From positions 1,178,001 to 1,242,000 of the forward strand of contig NC_090602.1 in the NCBI RefSeq assembly GCF_000497125.1: 64,000 nt of DNA, given 5' to 3'. Below the pieces are notes generated by a model, which did not search any database, was not told the DNA's origin, and saw nothing but the letters and a program-made list of their open reading frames with translations. The stretch is from Spironucleus salmonicida. Lineage: Eukaryota. Shown piece by piece: positions 25,701-40,431 of this stretch (the first letter of the stretch is position 1; every line of letters begins with the position of its first letter). The translations under genes were made by a program, and so were the position numbers.

Positions 25701-28700
25701 TACGCGACAGCAATTGGTCAAATCAAATAGCAATTATCAACGTAAGAAAATATTGCAGAAAAACATCTTATACAATATATGATCATCTGCCTAAATGACT
25801 CAATAAGTAACACAGTTTTTGAGTAATTAAGCGAAAAAATATTCAAAAATGAGGAATTCGACCCTTCAGAGCAGAACTTTTTGGTCATTCTTTCAACCTT
25901 TAAAAAGATCGATTTAAAACCAGTTTTGCACTCAGAAACAGAAAATTTAATGTTAAAGCTACAATTGCTAACCATTTTAATCGAAAATTAAAAATAAAAC
26001 TAAGCATTTGTCCTGTTTAATAGCATCATTCAGTAGCTAGTTTCGAAGCGCCTCGATTTCGAAGAATTAGCCGAATTTTTGCAAACTTTTTTGATTTTCC
26101 TGAGATTCTGCCATAAAACGACAAATTTCAGGATTTCTCCGTTATTTTTAGCCGAAATTTAACGCAATTTGACGTCAGAATCACTAGGAATTTTCGACGA
26201 ATTTCTCTTCATTTTTGCTTAAAAAACGTCTCAATTTTACGTTAAAATCCGTCAAATTGAGCAGAAATTCCTCAATTTCGCTCTTGAAGTATCAGTTCTC
26301 GGATTCGTCGAACTGGCTCAGGTTTTCTCGCAGTCAAAAATCGGTTCAAAAGCCTTCGAAGATCTCCTTGCGAATTCGTTTTTGACGAATTTTACGACCG
26401 AAAAGGAGCCAAATTTGGAGTTTGTGCACCTCAACGCGAGCCTTTACATGAACTTTTGCTACCTACCGAAACTGACGCTGAAACTGCTCATTTGCTTCGT
26501 TCTGAACTTGTTGATTTAGGGGTTCGAGGAATCGTAGATTTTAAACGTTTTGCTGAACGGAATTTTCAATCGCTCGGCCTACAAAATTATAACTTAGGAC
26601 GGGTTGGAAACGCATTTTTACGACATTTGCGATTTTTCAAATTTCGCGGAATTAGATCATTATTATATCGATTTGGGGCTAAAGTTAATCACTGGGTTTA
26701 GCTTACTGTTGGAAAAAGAAATGTGGTTTTTAAACGAAATTTTCGACAAAATGTAGAGTGGAAATTCGGTTTCACAATAGTGCAAGCTTGTGCATTTGGC
26801 TAATAAAGTATATTGTAATATCAAAAACGAAGTTTTAAATGTGCAAATTCTTGAATAAAATTAATTTTTGCGAACTGTTTTGAAATATCAAATGTTGAGT
26901 CATTTTGACTTGTAATTTACCTTCATTGCCGATGAATACATACAAATGAATGTTATTTAGTAGTAAAATTATCTCGTTAATTTACCAAAAGAAGAGGATT
27001 TGGTCGCATTATATGAACAAATCAAGCTGATTTCATAAAACTATAATAGAGATACTTATTATATTTTAGGCCTCATCTGTCTGGCTGCACCTCATTCAAT
27101 TTTAGAGCAAGTTTTATAGGACCAGACGTTACCAAGAGTTATGAGTTTGTAATTACTCATTTAGGGAAGGAGATTAATCATATCACGCATAATTTTCGAA
27201 AAATTACTTTTAGATTCAAGCTATCAAGAAGAGAAACTGATATAACTATTACTAGGTCAAATTAACCAGTGCATAATAAGTGTTGTTTAAGATTAACCAG
27301 AGGCATTATCTGACACATATTTTTCATCTTTGAAAGTTTAGGATCTTCTTGTTACACGCTGGTTGGCCTAAACAACAGAGTCAAAAGAAATTGACTTATA
27401 TGAGGTAATTTGTAGCCCATGCTCATTTAACATTAATTCAATAGATTTAATTGAGAATGTTTTAGACTATTTACTTGGCTCTGGAATGGTTTATTTAAAC
27501 CCGGATTTAACTACAACTGAAAACTCTAAATTGAATGAAAAGCAATAAACAGACAACTAAACCTAAGAAGAGGTAGAAGAGGAAGTTAAAGAGCCTAAAA
27601 ATAACAAGTTTGAGCTTTTACTCAATAAGTTAAAAAATATTTAAACACATTTTATTCTAGCCGAACCGACCCAAATTACATATAATAACATCATTTAATT
27701 ACAATCTGATGCAGCGCCAATTTCATCAAAAGGAAAAGAGCCGCAAACAACATACACGACTTACAAAGTGCAATATTCACTCAATATTGTCGCCCTGCAA
27801 ATTTTCTAGAACCTATTGCTAAACCTTATTACCGAAATTTTCGAGGTCTCTAAATCGCTCAATCAAAGTACGTTCAGCTTGCCAGAAAAAATCAGTCAGC
27901 TCACTCCTTATATCATGTAGCTGATTTTCAGGCAGCATACCTCACTAGTATTGCCACAAGAGGCCATCTATCCAATTTCTTCAGCGACGCAAGACGAAAT
28001 TGAGCAGGTTTTCAGCACCTCAGAGGTGCAGCTTTTCCCACTCTATATAGACCTCACAAACACGCTTTTCCACGCTGTCAAAAGCCAGTAGGTCCCGCTG
28101 GTCAGATTTTTCACGAATTTCATCACTTTCAGGGACCTAATGAGCAGCGAATTTTCTGGTCTGGACCTCGCCCTGCTGACAGGTGTGTCGTGTTTATAGC
28201 AGAACCAGTTTCTGCTCGACTTCAAGGTTTTGGCTCAAAATCAGCCGTTTAATCTGGCAGAAGACAACAGAAACACCAATTTTTACGCTATGAGCGACGA
28301 AAATTCGACGACGATTTTGTCAACTTTTTCGGCCGAACAGGTCACCGAAAAGACCAAGAAACCCGCTAAAGAGGTCCAGGTTTCGAGTTTGAGCTTCTCG
28401 AGTTTGCACGTCAAAAATTACGAAAACTTGGCCGAACTGATATAAGCAAGTTTGAACTCGCATTTTGCGGCACTCTAGATCTCAATGTCAGCTTTTCTCG
28501 CTCCAATTCACTCGAAATTCACTTAGTTACAAAATTCGCTTCAGATCGTTTCGTTTAAGTCTTTTGGCTATTTGGTGCAATAAGGGTCGTTTAAGAAGGT
28601 GAAAGAACTGTCATTGGGCTCGGTATCGCTGCTTGGGCAGGACTTCCTGGCGCTCAGATATGCGAAACACAGCGTTTTTGCGGCCAATTGGTGGGCGGTT

Positions 28701-29675
28701 GATTTTGGTGCTTTTAGGGCGTTGAAAGAGCAGGTGTAGGGGATAAATTGCGAGGGAAAACTGGATATCCAGGCCAAATTCGAGCAGTTTGAAACTAAAA
28801 TTTTGAGTAATATTAAGAAAGAAATGGCTGGAAAAGGTGTGGAATGTGAAAATAATGCAGATATTGAAAACTACGTTTCTATTGAATAAAAGGAGTGGAA
28901 AATTCAGCAGGAATTGCTTTTTAGCAGGCTCAGCAAAATATTTGATTTGTAGGAAAATGTAGAAATTTCCTATTTCACAGGAAACTCTCCTCAAATAGCC
29001 AATTTGATGATATTCTTCAAAAATATGTGTCCCAGGCTTAAAGTTCTTCAGCTGTTACCCGGGAAACCAACTGAGCAAGTGTAAATTATATCTCAAAAGG
29101 GCGTCTTTTTCGATATATTGAACGATTTCCAATACGCTCAGTCGAATCGCTAGCATTTTGATATGCAGTACGTCTTCAACTTTGTAAAAGAGAAGTTATC
29201 ACCTAGCTAATACTACAAATCTGATGAAATAAGCTACTTTACGAGTTAGCAAAAGTAAGTCTTGAACGTACTTTTACAACCAATTGGTGATCTAGCGAGT
29301 CCGATTGATCAGAAATGGAATAACAGCGAAAATATAAGCATCACCGCGCCATTGGAATTCACTGAATAACGTAGTATAGCGATGGTAAAAACGTACCATC
29401 CAGTTTAAAAGATTTTCCGTGGTAGCTACCTCTAGCAATTATTGAATGTTTAGAAGGGTAGTGGGAAATCCAGTCTGGCTACATTAAGTCTTGGTAACTG
29501 GAGCATCTTTATTTGGAAACTTTTTATCGAAATTGTTAATATACCAGAAGTGGTAGATAAAAAGGCAAAAGGAAAAGAACAACCTGTTGTGCGGGCTAGT
29601 GTAGACGATTTACTAGAGTAAACTGATAATTGGGGTTTTTACAGCGATTCTATTACGTCAATCGGCCTAAAGTGA
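22710..29675 (+). CDS. Giant helical protein (2321 aa), tentatively CFAP46-like with C-terminal CHAT/separase-like region
   Basis: No in-frame TGA over 6.9 kb (checked); KGAK/KGK low-complexity linkers; VFAANWWAV and terminal SITSIGLK resemble CHAT-domain motifs. Family call is weak. Confidence 0.55.
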
Positions 29676-29686
29676 GCGATAATATT

Positions 29687-30853
29687 TCACATTAAATCTG
29701 GAAGATCATCGGGAACCGAGAACTCTTGTTAGTTTACATCTTCGACCCTGTTTTAAATACCTTCACCTTCTTTAAATTTTCCATAATTGGTTTGTCCTAG
29801 TTAGCTAGTCGTTTTGCGGTAACCTTTTGAATGATTATCCTCAATGTCATCTTCATCCTTGTCTATTTCTACGGCCTTATAACTATAGGGCTTCTCAATA
29901 ACCTCACCATCTCCCAATGGACAATTCAGCTTTAAAACACCCGTGCTGGTAATCCTGAAGGCCTTAACTTCTGTAAACTTGACCCGTTTAGGGAGTCTAA
30001 CTTGGAAACTTTTCTCCCGCAAAACGCCATAAACGAAACTTTCATTGACATCTACATCGACAAGTTAATTGTTTAAGTGAATAGGTAGATGAATTTATAT
30101 TTGAAGCTCTTATTTTACATATACTTCGATAATTTCGATTTAAAACTTACTTTCGTTCCACTACATTATTTCATTATTTTCGTTCATTTATCCCTTTTCA
30201 TGGAAAACTTTAGGCGTTTCTGGGACGTTGTCTTATGCAGTTTATTCAGCAGCTCGTTTCAGGCGGGTTGATGCATCGTTTTCCTCATAGTCTGAACCTT
30301 CAGAGTTAATTATAAATTCTGGTAATTCGAATTTATAGACTTCACTTTCTATTTAACTTTCTACTTCTTTGAATTTTTGAAACATTAAAATTCTATCTGT
30401 TTTGCTGATGTCTTTTCCATCTAACTTCGTAAGTTTTTGCAATTTCGTAACAGTAAAGCACATGAAATTAGGCTCTTATACACAAGGGTTTCCCATAAGA
30501 TAAAGTTCGTTTAGATCTTAAAGATTTTCTATATTCGATAAGTCTCGATAATCTGCAATGTAATTAGCAGTTAAATCTAGTTTCACAAGCGACTCTAAAC
30601 GATCTAAATTTTCAATTCTAGTAAGTCTATTAAGCGCTAGATTCAAATAACATAATGATTTAAGCTTATTGAGTCCTTCTATTTATGCAATTTTGTTGTT
30701 TTATAGGAGCAATATTTTGAGGCATTTAAGGTTATTCAGAAATTCAATTTTACGAATTTTAAACTAATGGAGTGCTATTTCTTCTAAAGTTTCTAAGGGA
30801 CCGTCATGGTGTTCTGTTCGTTTCTTAACTAAAGTGAGGTCAATTTTTACCAT
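29687..30853 (-). CDS. LRRC6: LRRC6/DNAAF11 (tilB) dynein-arm assembly factor (388 aa)
   Basis: KKRTEHHDGPLETLEEIALHQ, LLLQNNKIAQIEGLNKLK, LDLTANYI, LYLMGNPC, C-terminal DDLPDLM. Confidence 0.9.
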
Positions 30854-30968
30854 GTTAGTGGAGAGGCTGAATAAAGTATATATAATTTATATAATAATTG
30901 ATTTAGCTCTAAATCTAATACTGATATAATATATTATAAAGAGTAAAATTTATTAAGTTGAAAAATAA

Positions 30969-32015
30969 ATGGATACTTAGCTTCTAAAAGAAAATTAAAT
31001 ACTTAATGAAAAATTAGCTTATACTTTAAAATAAATTAAATAACAGGATGCTGATCTCTAATGTCATAGATAAAATACTATCTAATTATAATAAAAATTA
31101 ACATCAGATAAGAAACTTTCTAATTAGTTATAATAGGAATTTTAAAATACACTAGATAATACAACATAAAATTATGATCTTAAAATAAATAACCTTAATT
31201 AATAAATACAAATTTTCACATAAAAATTGAAGTCTGAGACTCAATTTTCTCTATAAATTTAGCAAAATTCTTAATTAGAAACTAAAAAAATTAATTCTGT
31301 TTTATAAGAAATTTACTTATCACTCCATGAAACTTGTGAATTAGCACTACCAGGTATGCCTGGTTCAAATATATAGTTGGATGCTTCATCAGATCCATAG
31401 TTGAATGAAGTTTTAGAAAAAATAACTTCTGTTACAAGCTAGATTAAACTATCCATAAAGGCATTTAAAGAAGGAAACAAGTTAATTCGTGAAAAATTAA
31501 GAAATGAAAATAAATGCTATAAAGTGGATATTGAGGTAGAGAAAAAGAAGAAAACAGAAATTTTGTAAACGTGTGAAGAATATAAATAGAAAATGTTTTA
31601 ATTGGAAAACGAAGTCTTGAGATTAAAGAATGAAAATGATAGTTTACTATCTTAAAACAATGAATATTAGTTAATGAATAATGAACTTACAATTTAAAAA
31701 GAATAATTTTATAAAGATTGTTATTAGAATAAAATAATTATTTAATAGTTATAAGATGAAGATAAAATAACATAGCTAAAAGTTAGTGAACTTGAGAGTA
31801 GAACTAAAAATACTGAAAATATGATTGGAAGATTTAAAGCTGAAAATGATTAATTAAAACAAGAAAATCATTTATTAGAAGAAAATTTAAAAGTTTTTAT
31901 ATAAGTGGAACCTGAATTAGAATTAGATAGAGAATAACTAGTTAAAATGGCCACAGAAATTGAAGATGAAGGCTTAGAAGAATATTTAGCCAAATAATTA
32001 TTGTAAATTGTGTGA
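30969..32015 (+). CDS. Coiled-coil protein (348 aa)
   Basis: Q/E/K/N-rich heptads in one frame to GTG TGA. Confidence 0.65.
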
Positions 32016-32821
32016 GTCAATAACTTTTAAATTAATCATATATTTTAAAAAATTATCTTAATTGAATGTAATCTATATAACAATAATATTTAATATATAT
32101 TGATTAAAATTTAGTAGCTTACGAGAATTATATAGTCAACTTCAATTATTAACTATTTTTAAGATACATTAAATATAAGACTGTACTATTACAAATGTAG
32201 ATATTTAAATATAAAATGATTATATTTGCGTATGATAAATAAACCCAACAAATTCTAATTATTAACAATAATGCATACTAGTAATTATCTAGATTTCATA
32301 TTACTTTGTTAAACAAAAATATAAGCTAAATTCCGTAACTAAATAATTTGTCAAAATATTGATCCATATTCAATCACAGTTTAAATATTATCAGTTAAGA
32401 TGGTGTTCGTTATATTTTCATTATTACCTATATTTTCAGTATTCGAGTTAATTGAAATAGATTGTATATCTTTTTACCAATTACAAAACAATATAAATAA
32501 GTTAAAATAAATCAGAAAGTTAATTAACCTGGTTAGTTCAATTAGTTTGATAAAGAATTGATATTGCTAATAGAAATTGCTTAGTTGATTTCATACGTTA
32601 AGTTAAATGATATTTTAATTTATTAAAACTTTATTGGGATAATTTTAAAATATTTATTATTTCCTTGACATAAATAAAATAAGAAAATTTAATAAGTCCA
32701 CTTATATAGTTCTAATAAATTATTAATATCATAGTGTAAAATGATAAAACTTGATAATTACACACTATTTATAGTAAAATATTTATTATATATTAATATT
32801 ATTATTTATAAAAGCAGCTAA

Positions 32822-33175
32822 ATGAAGTAATTTAGACGTTATACTATTACATATCAACCTCACGCTGATTCTATTCCCCAGTCTTTATTTTTCGAAAACA
32901 ACTTTGTAACTGTACCTCAATAATAAATTATCACTGAGACAGCTGATATTGACTAACGAATAGTGGAAAAACGGCGCATTATTTAATATTATCAATTTAC
33001 TTAAAAATAAAAATAAGAACCAATGAATAGTAAGATTGTTAAAGATGTGGAAAGAGATTTTTGTGAGTGTAAATATAAGCGAAGAAGAGTTTTAAACAAT
33101 TTATTTCAGTTTGAAACTGTTGATATTTTTATTCCACAATAACCTAATTCATTTATTCCTAAGAGACCACAGTGA
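32822..33175 (+). CDS. Hypothetical protein (117 aa)
   Basis: MKQFRRYTITYQP...FIPKRPQ*; ends CAG TGA. Confidence 0.55.
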
Positions 33176-33310
33176 GTAATATAATCCTTGTTACTCAACT
33201 ATCGATTACGATTTAGTTTAGTTTCCATTTTCCTTTTTTCACTTTACTGCATACTTCTATTTAGTATTATCATACAAGAATATACTATATCCGCCCAAAT
33301 TTACCAAAAA

Positions 33311-35194
33311 ATGGATAGTAAAAAAATTCAGGCAGACCTGTTGCTCAGAGAGGCGGAGTAAGCATACAGAATACAAAATTTCAACAAAGCTATAACATCA
33401 CTTACATATGCAATTGAACTGTCAGCTAGCTTTTCACTTTATAATTTTAGATCTAAATGTTATACTGCAGCTTCCTATACAGATTAGGCGATATAAGACG
33501 CAAATACAGCTATAAAATTTAATAAAGATTCTCATGAGGGCTATTTTTGTCGGGCTGAGGCTGAATTCTTCAAGGGTGAGTTCGAATTAGCACTTGTTGA
33601 CTATTCCGTATGTTAATTCAAAAGAAGTGATATTTAGGAGCACCGTAGAGGAATTAACAAATGTGAAGAATCAATTCGTAAGGCATGTGAAATTTAAAAT
33701 GTAGACAGATACGTTTAACTTTTAGACCAAGGAGTTTTAATTGAGAAATCACTTTAAAACCCTGGTGAGAACATAGTAATAGAAATATATTAAGGGCCAC
33801 TTGACTTTGTTCCAAGCGAGAATGCTACAGGAATTGAGAATATGACTGGTATCGGTAATACACAAAACATAATTGAAGAGGTTGATCCATTTGAAATACT
33901 TGACATTCCTTCTGATAGAGTTTATAGATCAATTTCCTAAAAAGCTAGACGGTCAGTCAGCTATAATAGAATTGGAAAAATGGCAGAGGATAGAGAATTT
34001 TTAAAGGAAATTGCTCAATTAGATATAATTTCTTCTATTACAAGTAAAGGAATAGGTTACATAGATTAAAGAGAAGATTTTTGGAGAAATTAGGACTCAA
34101 ATAATTCTAAACCAAAATCCTTTAATAGAAATCGCAAATCCGTTCTGCCATCAGCCTCAAAATCTCCTATAAGAGCTCAATCGGTCAGATAAGATAAAAT
34201 AGCTTCACTTGCTTCCAAGATATCTTCATACCGATATAAAATTTAGTAGAATGACACCTAGTAAATCGACAGAACTACATTTTATTAGAATAAAATCCCA
34301 CGAAACCCATAAATCGAACTAGCAATTAAATAACTTTCAATTTTTGTTAAAGAGGTTTCTATTAATATCACTGAAGCTGTGAATAAATAAGCTTACGACC
34401 TAGCTATTAAGTTTTCTCAATAACTTATATTCCGTCTTAATAAACAATCTGATCCAATTTTGAATCTTTTTTAGTCCAAAAATCAGATTCTTGCAGATAC
34501 TTTTTGTACAAAAGCTTGCATAGAAATCAAGCTTAATAGCGAAAATGCTTTTAAATCCTTCGATTAATCAGTTGATTTTGCAAAAAAATCTGGAGATATT
34601 TCTACAATTTTGAAGGTTAAGAGAGAACATGCAAAGGCTCTTTTGAATGTTAATTCGGTCGTTAAAGCACTTTAAAAGTTTAAAGAAATATAGGAAATCT
34701 GCTAGATTTAACAGGTTAATTTGGACAATGAATTTAACGTTTCTAGATGCTATTTTGAGCTGAAAGAGTACAATTAGGCCATCGAACATGGAGTTAATAG
34801 CTATGAGGGTTTAAAAGCAATTTTTAATAATAGGTATCCATAAAAAGAACTTCCTGAAATAGTTGAATTTTCAGTTTTTAAGGAACCTAAGGTCTGTGAA
34901 ACTGTATGCGATTTGTTATGCTTGCTCGGTCGTAGTTATTAATAATTAAAAGATACCGAAAATGCTAAAAAATGGCTTAATTTATGTCTTAGCGAAAGTG
35001 TTAAATACGAGGATTTCTCTAGTTTGAAAGCTGCTGAAGGAGGTTTAAAATAATTGGGAGAAATGGGATCGATTCCAGCAATTTTAGGATAAATAGAATA
35101 GCCATAATTGAATCGAGGTATGAGCATTGGGCTCAGCGATGGCTAGTATATGTGTAATGATAGTTTGGATGCTTTAAAGAACATATATTAGTGA
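33311..35194 (+). CDS. TTC25: TPR protein TTC25/ODAD4, outer dynein arm docking (627 aa)
   Basis: RAEAEFFKGEFELALVDY...RRGINKCEESI and EDREFL...GIGYIDQREDFWRNQ match TTC25 conserved blocks. Confidence 0.8.
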
Positions 35195-35902
35195 TCGGAG
35201 TGGATATTTCAGAACAAAGAGTGAATTAAATTACTTAAGTTACTACTCTTGGCTTAAATTAAGAACTTTTTTTAATGAAAGCTTATATAATATATTTTGA
35301 TAGTAAATTATAGCTATAACAAAGTAATTAAAATTAGCTTCAAAATGATTGCTGTGTTTATAGAAAAATGTTTTAAGGTCAGCTTGGATAAACAATATAA
35401 CTATTTAGCCTCACTTTAGTTAATAACCTTATTATTGCCTAGTTATGTATAATTAGTTGTAGTATTATTTATCTAAAACTCATGATGATATAATTAAGTA
35501 TATAATTGCTGATGAGAAACCTTAGGTATAATATTATTTTATTTTATAGAGAAAAGTAAATGAAAAATAATATATATAAAACTATTCAAAATACGAAATA
35601 CCAGCTTTATAGGATCTTAATTAAATACTTTTTATTAAAATACACAAATTTCGTGTGTAGTTCCACGCATGACTTCTAAATAAATAGACACAAATTTACT
35701 ACATAAAATCCAATTAATTCATATTAAATATTAATTCAAATTTATTTCAAATTTGATTTATAGATGTGATTTACTTATTTTTGTAACAGTATTTATATAT
35801 ATTAAAATAAAATATAGTAAAAAATTAATGTTTTTAAATTTGCTCACAGATTATTAGCGAATTATTATAATTATAATTTATTGAATCATATTTCTCTTCA
35901 AA

Positions 35903-37069
35903 ATGTTGATTCTGTTAGCCTAAGTATGGCCACAACCAGTACAGACTTATTCTTATAAGCACATTGACAAATAATCATTTATGAAGTAATATACTCAGTC
36001 ATTAGACGAGCATCTAGATAATATCAAATTATTTGTTGGTTCTATTATAACGTATGAATATGAAGTAAGTGAGTGTTAAGATGAATTTTGTAGCATCTTT
36101 ATCCAGAAAACTTTGCTCTAACCTTTTGAATATTACAAAATGCAGTCTTATATTGAAGTTATTTTAGATCCTATGATGGCAATTTCTTATACTGATAGTC
36201 TTAAATTTGGTTATTCTGTTAGAATTAATGAAAATCTACCATTTGCTTAGGATGCATCTAATCTAATTTAGAAACTCATCATTTCATATGAATCAACTTC
36301 TGAAAGCAGGGCATTTACTGCTTTATCTATTGCTGGTTATAATGGTTTTCTTGCTATTAACAGTAAAGAATAAATGATTGGGTTCACTCAAGATTATGAT
36401 GAAGAATGTAATGTTATCATCAATGAGGCTCGAGTTGTTTAACTTCCTACTTATATCGAAAGTGAATTTTTGCTACAACTTGCAAAAGTACACAGATCTG
36501 AACTACCAACAGCTGCTCAATAGTTCTTGCAATATACTATATCTGATTTAATACCAGATAAAATATTTGATTATCTTAGTTAGTTTTACTTTGTCAATAG
36601 TTATATTTTTGGAATTACTAGTTATCAATCATAAGAAGCATATTTCTTTACTTTAAATAAAGAATATCTTAGGAAAATTAATACTTCTGAAAATGCTGTT
36701 TAATCTTCTTGTAGAACAGATTTATCCTTCGTTGTTTCATCAGATTTCCGTACTATTTCAGTTGAAAGATAATTAAATAGTTCACTAGCAAAGACTAATG
36801 ATTTTAAAGTTTTTACTAATACTTTACGTACATTCCCTTTCAGAACTGAGGAAACTCCATCAATAGTAGCATTTACTTAAGTGGATAAATTTTTAACCTT
36901 ATAAAAATGCAATAGCGTTTTTGACGGAAACACTATTGCTTCTTGTGCAGAATTATCTCCTCCTGCTGATTATTGGAGCATTATTTGCAGTTTAATAATC
37001 ATAGCTGTAGTTATTACTGCTTGGGTTTATGGTTGTAGATTTAGTATTAAATAGGCTAAAGATGAATGA
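35903..37069 (+). CDS. Type I membrane protein (388 aa)
   Basis: Short hydrophobic N-terminus MLILLA; C-terminal TM WSIICSLIIIAVVITAWVYG followed by a short tail. Confidence 0.7.
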
Positions 37070-37298
37070 AATTAATTTTATTTATATATTAGCTATATAG
37101 CGTAGTATTTAGACAAATGATATTAGTTGTATTTTATATCTATAAAGTAATAGTAAGATCTAGTCCTCTATTATACTCATTTATTTCGCTTTGATATAAT
37201 AAAATGAAACTTTCTTATACTGAAATAATTATTCATATATCAAAACAGTAATATATTATTATATATATTTAATAATATATTTAAGACGCTTCTTTTTA

Positions 37299-39095
37299 AT
37301 GACGGATAAAGAAAAAGTGGATTTATTTTATTTGAATGAAGGATACATTGTTGATTTACCATTATATAAGTAATATACATAAAAATTTAACTAGTATGCT
37401 CAATTAGTATTTCCTAAACTTTAGTATTTAAAATTTTACAATTAGTTTGATTGGGTAGCAGAATTTTTACCTAGTTTACCAGAATATCTTTACCTTGGTT
37501 AAGAAAATTATTTGACAGAAGCCCTTATAAAATAAAAAAAGGTTGTCGTGATAAACTAGTTATCAGCTTTAACCTCTGTTAAAGTTTTAGTTAATTTTTT
37601 AGAAGCTAATACATACATTATTATTTAGTAATAAAATGGTTTAGACTAAGATATAATACCTAAAAATTATTAGATGATTAAATATGGTTCAGATTCTGAT
37701 TTTATACTTTCTGACCTTTTAAAAGAATCACCGTTTGTATATTTTAAAACTACAGGAAAATATCATTTAACTATTTTACGTAAAACATCAGAAAATTTAT
37801 TAACTACTATTAATAAAAATTAATTTGCATCCTTATCTATTAAAATTGAAAAATGTTTAGCAGATATAAATTTTACTAATTTTAATTAAAAAATGTAAAA
37901 AACTCCAGTAATATTATATTAAGCTTCAAATGAATGGAAAGTTAACTAGTTATCTTCAATTATTGGGGCTAGAAAAGAATTAATATTAACAGTTAATGAT
38001 ATTTTAAAGAACATTATTATATTTTCTGAATTATAAGTTGATATCAATTTATTAATTTAATAGAGTTTTTTGATCACTTTTATTGATTGTAATCTTAATA
38101 ATGAAATATAGTTGCAACTTAGTAAAGAGTTTGCACTGCTGTTTAAAGAAACATCAGAAAATGTTATGTAATTTGCTATTTATCAAAAAATTTAATAGGA
38201 GGAAGCAAACGAATAGCAGAAAGATTATGATATCAATAATTACTTTATATCAAAATAATAGATACCTGTAAATTCAAATTTACATTTTTAAACTCTATTT
38301 ACAAGATAATTTGATACAAACAAAGAAAAATCAATGGTTGCTGAGATGTATGAATATATTTAAATTTTGTCGAATATCAAGAAAGAGGATATAGATACTA
38401 TTATTAAAGAATTTGTGTATGATGATATTATTCTTTAGAAATTGTCAGAAAAAGTTACATTGGCATCGGATACAAATAGAATCGAAAGAAATTTAAAGTA
38501 ATTTAAGAAATTTTATGAAAAAAGTTATTTACATGGTAAGATTTTTGAGAATATGATAGACCTGGGATGTGCAGATGGACTAATTGCTTATTCAATAGGG
38601 GTATATTTAAATATTAAGGAATCAAATATTGTAGGTTTGGACATAAGAGATATAAGAAAAGCAAATATTTAATATATATAAACTGATTTAGAATACTAAT
38701 GTAGTTTACCTGATAATTCAGTATAGATTGCCACTATCTAATAAGTTCTGCATCATATTCACAATTGGTAGAATGTAATTCGCGAGACGTACAAAAAATT
38801 AGAGAATTATGGATATTTTATTATAAGGGAAAGCATTGTATCTGAAACAATAGATTCTCTAATTTTAGATATTTAACACTCTTTATATGCAGTATTAAAC
38901 AAAGAGATGACATCTTAGCAGTATGTGCAAGAATTTGTTACAAATTATATAACACAACATGACATGATTTAATGTCTAGAAGAAGTTGGATTCAAGATAA
39001 GAGTTGTATAAAAAGATTATATGCATGATAAATTTAATAAGTTTTGGATAATTTGCTAAAAATTGATACAGCCATCAGTTTAAATCAAAGAGTGA
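37299..39095 (+). CDS. Class I SAM-dependent methyltransferase with long unknown N-terminal region (598 aa)
   Basis: MIDLGCADG, VGLDI, LPDNSV, VLHHI, GYFIIRE; no in-frame TGA. Confidence 0.8.
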
Positions 39096-39142
39096 TATTT
39101 TATAATAATTACTATATATTCCACTTTTCATTCCACTTTAAA

Positions 39143-40420
39143 ATGATGTACGATATTGATCGAACCACCTCTGACGTTCTAATATTTAATGATAAATAAA
39201 TATTTAGATATGATTAATAAACCACTAGTATTATTAAAATCATTAATCTTGATTCAGAAGTTACCGCTATTTTTTAAGAAAAAGGAAGATATTATGTTGG
39301 TACAGCTTCTGGTAAAATAGCAGATATTAATGAATAAGAATATATTTTCTAAGATATTGGATTAGATCCCATATTATCTATTTTCTCTCATTAAAATTAA
39401 ACATATGCAGGGTCTAATTCTGAAGTTTACTCTTTTGAATATAGTAATAAAACAAAAGCTTCAGTTTTAACGATATAAGGATCTACATTATACCATAAAA
39501 GTTCTAATTCTTTATATATAGCAAACAATTCCGAGTTATCTTATTATCTCATTAAAAATGGTGTTTTTGAGAAAGTTAAGTCTATAACAATTAATTCTGT
39601 TATAAAATAATTATCTTCTAATACTTAAAATTTAGTAGTTTTAACTTAAAACTCAATACTCATTTATAACTATTAAACATTAGTGTTTTAATCATAGATT
39701 AAAAAAGCTTACAATATGTAAAAGTTATTTAGCCTTGTGAATGATAAATAGCATTATTTTGTAGTGAATTCTATTAAAGATAATTCTTTGAATTTCTTTA
39801 ATAACACGTCGTAGGAGTTTGTATTTTAAATTAAGTCACCTGTTGAATTATAATATTATTCGATTTTTTCAAACTAGGAAACCTAAAACTGTCAGCTTTT
39901 CTATATTTATGGCAAGGAAATGGTATAATTTGGTAAATTGACATTTGAAGTAAGATAAAATTAGAAGATGTAAATTAAATTAGAATAAAACATTTTAAAT
40001 ATTACTATTTAACCTCCAAAGATACGTCAACACATAATTCATTAAGATACTATTGTTGATTAAGATGAAACCGCATTTGATATTCCTGCATTAGAGCAGG
40101 CTCTTAGATAGTAAGATATTGAATAGGTAAATATTTGTATTTAATCTTTGGATACTGATATTTATTCTAAAATGACTAATTCTGGTATTTAGTTACTTTT
40201 AGATTTTTTAGTTTCAAATTTATCTCCAGCTGGTGTGATTTGGCTTAAGTCTTTTATTCGTACTATAAAATTAACAACAAAATAATAAGAGGCATTTATG
40301 TTCTCTTATATGTATTATAGGTAACAATCTATTAATATATTAAAAATTGCATAATTAAAAGATCTGTGGGGAGGCCAGATTGGCGAGTTAGAACCTATAG
40401 AAGAAATAGAAGAATGGTGA
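39143..40420 (+). CDS. WD40-like protein with Utp12-type C-terminal domain, Utp5/WDR43-like (425 aa)
   Basis: YYVGTASGKI propeller strands; LEQALRQQD and IWLKSFI helical domain; acidic tail. Confidence 0.5.
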
Positions 40421-40431
40421 TGAATATTTAT

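Noticed and set aside
32016-32821. Short open frames on both strands (also 17121-17285 and 35200-35700)
   Set aside because: With one stop codon, 50-150-codon frames arise by chance; no motif or start context supports them
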